From assembly GCA_938003545.1 (NCBI GenBank), contig CALKXY010000022.1, positions 3,637 to 67,636 of the forward strand: 64,000 nucleotides of DNA. The letters run 5' to 3'. Shown piece by piece: positions 58,986 to 64,000 of the stretch. Numbering within the stretch: position 1 is the stretch's first letter; each line of letters opens with the position of its first letter. Below the pieces are notes generated by a model. The model ran no database searches. It saw only the letters and a program-made list of their open reading frames with translations, and had not been told where the DNA came from. Source of the stretch: an uncultured Caulobacterales bacterium (GTDB lineage: Bacteria; Pseudomonadota; Alphaproteobacteria; Caulobacterales; Maricaulaceae). Made by a program: the position numbers and the translations under genes.

Positions 58986-60254
58986 CTAGTCAACCAAGCC
59001 GACGGGATCATGAATTTTTATGCCCACCGCTTTTATCGCCGTGAAGTCAATCTGGCGAAACTCAGAATGCCCTGTCATGACGAGTATAGCTTTTGTATCG
59101 GATAAAGCCGTATGTTGATCGCAAAACAAAGCTCGATGTCTTATCGGGACTGAGCTAGCCTCAACAAATGGATCATAAATCCGTACATGGGCGCCTTTTT
59201 CAATCAGGGCATCAACAGCGGCAATAGCAGGACTATCGCGCCAGTCTCCAATATCTGCGCGATAGGCATAGCCCAAGACGGAAATATGTGTACCGGAGAG
59301 CACAATTTTTTCGCCTAAATAGTCCACACTTTTCAGCGGCTTTGCGTCGTTAATTTGCCTCGCCGTTTTGATGAGCGGCGCATTGCCCGGGTCGATGTCA
59401 TGTAGAAACCACGGATCAACAGGAATACAGTGCCCGCCGACGCCAGACCCTGGCGTATGGATATTGACACGCGGGTGACGGTTAGCAATTTCGATGACGT
59501 CGCGAATGTTTACGCCTGTTTTATGCGCAAGTTCTGCGAGTTCATTTGCTAGAGCAATATTCACATCCCGAAATGTATTTTCTGAGAGCTTTGAAAATTC
59601 GGCCGTTTCGGCCCGCGTCTCTTTGATGTCCCCGCGGCAAAAGCTGGAATAGAAATCTTTGGCTCGCGCAGAGGCGCGTTCCGTTAATCCACCGACAACT
59701 CTATCATTTTGTGTAATCTCATGGATCGTATTTCCCGGTAGGACGCGTTCTGGGCAATAGGCAATATCAAGAGCCGCTTCAGGGTCGAGGCCTTTTTCAG
59801 CTAAAATCTCACTGATCACGTTTCGGGTGGTTCCGACGGGTGATGTGGATTCTAAAAGGATCATATTTCCAGGTTGAACATATTCAGCAATAAATTCAGT
59901 CGCGCTTTGCACAATGGAGACATCGGCTGTGTTGTCTGCCGTGATGGGCGTGGGGACACAAATGATGTAAATATCTGCGTCTGCCATTATTTGTGTTGGA
60001 GCGCTGAAGACTTTCACAGTGCCATTCGCGATAAACTTTGCCGTCATGGCATTGAGTTCGACTTCTTCAAATACATCAATGCCTGCATTCAAACGCTCAA
60101 TACGCTCTGCTTTAGCATCATAGCCAATGACGGAGAACCCAGCTTGCGCTATTAGGACCGCTGTTGGCAGACCAACATAGCCTAGGCCAATAACGCAAAC
60201 GGTTTCCGTGCGAGGTGCAGATTTTTTAGGATGAGGCAGGGTTTTGGGCCTTAT
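58986..60254 (-). CDS. wecC: UDP-ManNAc (nucleotide-sugar) dehydrogenase; non-canonical start (ATA 60254 or CTG 60239)
   Basis: CVPTP, ESTSPVGTT, YCPERVLPG, ENTFRDVNIALANE, GVGGHCIPVDP; the Rossmann motif VCVIGLGYVGLP is in frame upstream of the tracked TTG at 60092. Confidence 0.85.
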   Translation of the reverse strand: MRPKTLPHPKKSAPRTETVCVIGLGYVGLPTAVLIAQAGFSVIGYDAKAERIERLNAGIDVFEEVELNAMTAKFIANGTVKVFSAPTQIMADADIYIICVPTPITADNTADVSIVQSATEFIAEYVQPGNMILLESTSPVGTTRNVISEILAEKGLDPEAALDIAYCPERVLPGNTIHEITQNDRVVGGLTERASARAKDFYSSFCRGDIKETRAETAEFSKLSENTFRDVNIALANELAELAHKTGVNIRDVIEIANRHPRVNIHTPGSGVGGHCIPVDPWFLHDIDPGNAPLIKTARQINDAKPLKSVDYLGEKIVLSGTHISVLGYAYRADIGDWRDSPAIAAVDALIEKGAHVRIYDPFVEASSVPIRHRALFCDQHTALSDTKAILVMTGHSEFRQIDFTAIKAVGIKIHDPVGLVD

Positions 60255-61336
60255 GACCGGGCAAGAATATCGGCGATCTGGCTGGCTGATGTGCCATCAC
60301 CAAATGGATTTTCGTCTGCTTGCAATGCTGCATAGGCCGTATCATCTGTCATGAGCTCGATTGCGGCATTAAATAAATCTTTACGACCTGTACCAATGAG
60401 TCTCGCCGCACCCGCCTCTACGGCTTCCATGCGTTCTGTTGTGTCGCGCATCACGAGAACAGGGACGCGGAAGGACGGGGCTTCTTCCTGTACGCCGCCA
60501 CTATCTGTCATGATGAGTTTCGCTTGCTTCATCAGAGACACCATTTCAGGGTAAGCAACAGGCGGGATAAGGAAAACGTTATCAACATTTGCCAAAATAC
60601 GGTTTGCAACGGATTGAACATTTGGATTCAGGTGAACAGGATAGACAATATCTGTATTTGGGAGAGCCGCTGCGATATCCGCGATGGCGCCAAATGCATC
60701 TTCAAAGCCTTGACCTTGGTTCTCGCGGCGGTGTCCCGTGACCAAAATCATGTTTTCACGCTTTAGTTCGACACTGATGGGCGCGTTTTGCTCAGCCGTG
60801 AAGAGGAGGGCATCGATAACTGTGTTACCCGTTTTAATGATCTCGCCGCTGACGCGTTCAGCTTTCAATGCATCAACTGATTTATCAGTTGGCGCAAAAT
60901 GCCAGCGCGCGACACGTCCGACCATTTGGCGGAAGCCCTCTTCAGGATAAGGGCTTTCTAGATTATATGTGCGCAGTCCAGCTTCAACATGCCCGAAATC
61001 AATACCGCACGTAAAAGCAGCAAGGCCCGCAGCCAAAACGGTTGTTGTGTCGCCCTGCGCCAAAATTGCATCTGGCTTGTGCTCTTCGATAAGATCGCCA
61101 AGACCCGCGAGAGAAGCCTGTAAAACAGACGCTAGCGTCTGGTCCGGCTTCATCACCTTTAGGTCAGCATCAGGCGTTAACCCAAACCAATCAAAGACTT
61201 GAGCCAGCATCTCTTTATGTTGGCCCGTTGATATGAGAATTGGGTCACATTTGGGATGATCAACTAATGCGCGGTACACAGGGGCCATTTTAATGGCTTC
61301 AGGACGTGTCCCTACAACTACAAACACTTTTTTCAT
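60251..61336 (-). CDS. wecB: UDP-GlcNAc 2-epimerase (non-hydrolysing)
   Basis: GTRPEAIKMAP, TGQHKEML, QGDTTT, HVEAGLRT, TDSGGVQEEAP. Confidence 0.95.
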   Translation of the reverse strand: MKKVFVVVGTRPEAIKMAPVYRALVDHPKCDPILISTGQHKEMLAQVFDWFGLTPDADLKVMKPDQTLASVLQASLAGLGDLIEEHKPDAILAQGDTTTVLAAGLAAFTCGIDFGHVEAGLRTYNLESPYPEEGFRQMVGRVARWHFAPTDKSVDALKAERVSGEIIKTGNTVIDALLFTAEQNAPISVELKRENMILVTGHRRENQGQGFEDAFGAIADIAAALPNTDIVYPVHLNPNVQSVANRILANVDNVFLIPPVAYPEMVSLMKQAKLIMTDSGGVQEEAPSFRVPVLVMRDTTERMEAVEAGAARLIGTGRKDLFNAAIELMTDDTAYAALQADENPFGDGTSASQIADILARS

Positions 61337-61389
61337 CGTTTTAAACCTAAATGTCTGATTGTCGGAAAGCGGATCAGCTTTGTGAGATA

Positions 61390-61803
61390 TTAGCTATCCC
61401 AGTCATGCATCTTGTCAAACAATGTCAGGACACGGCTTGCGAGCATTTCAATGTTATCCGAATCTGCAGTTTCTTGTCCGCTGCGGCGACCTTCGATAGC
61501 AACTGAGAGGCGCTCACTTGTCTTTAGGATTTGGAACGTTAGTCGATGAGCGGTTTCATCTTCTAGTGTTGTTTTGACGGCCTTTGAGAGGCGGAAAACA
61601 ACGTCGCTTGGTGTTGAGTCGATCCAATGGCGCATGGATTGTGCGGATTGATTGGAAAATGGCTCTGCGACTTTCGCAAGGCGCGCATAGCTTGAGCGGG
61701 CGGCATTTCGCTCATTAGCGATGCGTTTTACGCGCGCTTCCAGTGTTTTAATGCGGGCTTGCATTTCTTCAGTTGTCATTTCTTGTTCAACAGTAGCAGT
61801 CAT
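61390..61803 (-). CDS. Hypothetical coiled-coil protein
   Basis: 137-aa ORF, co-oriented with the cluster, RBS GAGGA upstream, heptad-like N-terminus. Confidence 0.7.
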   Translation of the reverse strand: MTATVEQEMTTEEMQARIKTLEARVKRIANERNAARSSYARLAKVAEPFSNQSAQSMRHWIDSTPSDVVFRLSKAVKTTLEDETAHRLTFQILKTSERLSVAIEGRRSGQETADSDNIEMLASRVLTLFDKMHDWDS

Positions 61804-61862
61804 TGTCTTTTGTCCTCGAGGATCTTTCGACGGTCTGTAGAAATTGCTGACTTGTGAGTCAA

Positions 61863-62933
61863 CTATTTGTGATGCGGATTTCTGTAGCCATACCGCCTTT
61901 TTTGTAAGGTGTTTGTGCAGTTTGGATCGTTATATAAATGCAAGAGGTACTGGGCTCTCAACTGTGAGGTGAATCCGGCTTCGAAGGTGGTTCTCAGAGA
62001 AAGCCCTGCCTTTTGCCTATAAGTGTGATCGGCGAGTTTTTTAGAGTAACGATTGAGCTTGGCTCCCGCCTTTGAAACTTGCTGGTGCGTTAAAGGCCCT
62101 AGCGCGCTGAAATTGTTCATAATTGAACGCGGCGCAACTGTTAGGGTTGGCAGGCCCAGTGCCGCCATTTGCACTAATCTGCTGGTGATTTCGAAATGAC
62201 CAAGTTTTGGAAATTCAGGCTGTGCCCACCGTGTTTCCATATAAGTGGAAAAAACTTGGGGAACGTTAAGGATGACGTGGTGCTGTGAAAGTGCGGCGGC
62301 CATCTGCGCTTCACCGTTTAAATATCCGCCCTCTGTGAGACCCTCTGGAATATCTCCGCGCCCATAGACTGTAATCCCACCCGGAAAGCTGTCTTTTAGG
62401 CTGAGTAATATGGTCCCGCGGTCAGCTTTAATACGGCCCGTTAGTAATCCAAAAAAGGCTGCCGAAACGGGACCTGTGGCTTGGCTTCCAACAAACGGGA
62501 TTCGGGTGTTATCCGCCCAAAATGGGAACCGAACGCCAGGCTTGTGACCGTGTCGATCATAAAATTGCAATATGGGTTTACCCCCACAATGAAGGGAGAG
62601 ATCGTACTCATTTATGGTTTGGGCATAGACGCGGTAAAGCACTGGATCATCTGGGAGCCAGACGAATATTTTGGCCCCTGTGGTACGCAAACGTTTGATT
62701 TGAGATGGGCGTAATGCAGATTGCCGTATGACTAGAATGAGATCAGGTTTGAAATCATTCACTTGTATAATGGCTGTGTCTATGGCTTCGGGAATGGGCG
62801 TGATGGGAGGGAACATGTGACCCGACCAAACAGGCCCTGTCGAGAATACGGTTGCGCCTTCAGCCACGAGCGCGCGATGTAAATCATTTACAACCTTATG
62901 TTCGAGAATTTCTCCGAATAGCGCGACCCGCAT
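61863..62933 (-). CDS. Putative glycosyltransferase (CgeB/Glyco_trans_1_2-like)
   Basis: FKPDLILVI, VWLPDDP, ILNVP, SRLVQMAALG; ATG 62933 overlaps the wzm stop (TAATG). Confidence 0.6.
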   Translation of the reverse strand: MRVALFGEILEHKVVNDLHRALVAEGATVFSTGPVWSGHMFPPITPIPEAIDTAIIQVNDFKPDLILVIRQSALRPSQIKRLRTTGAKIFVWLPDDPVLYRVYAQTINEYDLSLHCGGKPILQFYDRHGHKPGVRFPFWADNTRIPFVGSQATGPVSAAFFGLLTGRIKADRGTILLSLKDSFPGGITVYGRGDIPEGLTEGGYLNGEAQMAAALSQHHVILNVPQVFSTYMETRWAQPEFPKLGHFEITSRLVQMAALGLPTLTVAPRSIMNNFSALGPLTHQQVSKAGAKLNRYSKKLADHTYRQKAGLSLRTTFEAGFTSQLRAQYLLHLYNDPNCTNTLQKRRYGYRNPHHK

Positions 62934-63727
62934 TAGAGATATTTCAAGGCTACGTTTTGAAAGCGTAATACAACGCCTAATCCGATAAAAATTGCGACGG
63001 TAGAACACGCGCCCACGATTAGGAAATTGGTAATCGGTACAGGGCTGGTACCTTCAAAGGCATATCGGAAAAAGCTGATAGAATGGACCACAGGGTTCGA
63101 CATATAGAGCTTTTGCCCCCATGCGGGCACGCCGGAATTTGTAATGCGTGTCAGTGGATATAGTACAGGCGTCATGAACCAACCAATGCGTACCGCAAAG
63201 GATAAGAGCCGCCGAACATCAGGCACGATACAAACGAGCGGTGCCAGAAAAATGCCAATGGCTGTCGCGATCGACGCTTGTAAAATAATCGCGACGGGTA
63301 ATAACAACAATGTCGGCGATAGATCATAGGGCAAAAGTGGCATGATCAAGAGCATACCAATAGACCCCCTGAATATCCCTGTAAAAAATGGAGCGACAAC
63401 TGCCACAAGAGGCTGAACAGCGCCTTGTTTAATTAAGCCGCTCATATTCATCATACCCCCTGAAACCGACATCACCGTATTGGCGAAAATTTGCCAGGCG
63501 AACAGTCCAGATACGAGATAGAAATGATAGTCAGGACCACCACGAGAAAACACCAACACAACAACGAAATAGAAAATTGCGGCAAAGATGATTGGTTCTA
63601 GGAACCACCATAAAACTCCCAGGCGATCGCCTGATGTGGTTTTTGATAAAGAATAGCGGACAACCGCCATCAATTGTGTGCGGCTGGTGAACAGACGAGA
63701 GACAGCTTCAATCGAATTTCGGATCAT
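62933..63727 (-). CDS. Polysaccharide ABC-2 transporter permease (Wzm/KpsM-like)
   Basis: LGVLWWFLEP, WFMTPVLYP, NPV; about six hydrophobic segments. Confidence 0.85.
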   Translation of the reverse strand: MIRNSIEAVSRLFTSRTQLMAVVRYSLSKTTSGDRLGVLWWFLEPIIFAAIFYFVVVLVFSRGGPDYHFYLVSGLFAWQIFANTVMSVSGGMMNMSGLIKQGAVQPLVAVVAPFFTGIFRGSIGMLLIMPLLPYDLSPTLLLLPVAIILQASIATAIGIFLAPLVCIVPDVRRLLSFAVRIGWFMTPVLYPLTRITNSGVPAWGQKLYMSNPVVHSISFFRYAFEGTSPVPITNFLIVGACSTVAIFIGLGVVLRFQNVALKYL

Positions 63728-64000
63728 ACAGGCTCGATTCCTACGCTCTTATAGGCGTCGAGTACATGAGCGGCGGAACGCTCCCATGAATGCGTTTGAA
63801 CATGAGTATGTCCAGAGTTTGCGAAATCACTTAGGTCTGTCTGTTCCGCTGTCATGTCTTTGAGGGCGTCAACGAGTGAGCTAATTTCACCTTTGGAGAA
63901 GGTCTGCCCTGCGCCGCTCATTTCGACAATGTCGGCTAAGACACGGACATTCGAGGCTAATATCGGGCGCCGCGCGGCCATCGCGTCAAAAATTTTAACG
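63724..64000 (-). CDS. GT4 glycosyltransferase, C-terminal part (runs off right edge)
   Basis: DAMAARRPILASNV..LADIV...HSWERSA. Confidence 0.75.
   Translation of the reverse strand, partial: VKIFDAMAARRPILASNVRVLADIVEMSGAGQTFSKGEISSLVDALKDMTAEQTDLSDFANSGHTHVQTHSWERSAAHVLDAYKSVGIEPV

Overview
The window looks like part of an alphaproteobacterial secondary replicon (plasmid or chromid); a marine host is my inference from gene content and style. At ~22.7-26.1 kb lies a complete replication/partition module: a Rep_3/RepB-type initiator, a 17-bp iteron array, parA, a small ribbon-helix-helix partner and a candidate centromere. The cargo is mostly cell-surface genes: a ~3190-aa RTX/VCBS adhesin, a ~7050-aa DUF11/DUF7507-repeat protein with its own C-terminal outer-membrane barrel region, galE and kdsA, and an ABC-type polysaccharide cluster (wzm, wecB, wecC, GT4s) containing a DUF2793 GTA/phage-fibre-like gene. 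Also present are purU, an Mre11/Rad50-like (YhaO/YhaN) pair, a BlaI-M56-TonB-receptor operon with visible operators, and a Pho-box-preceded oprP-pstSCAB-phoU operon lacking phoB. At the left edge, missed by the ORF track, is a TNT-toxin remnant followed by an Imm63-like immunity gene. All calls are by eye from motifs; no searches were run.
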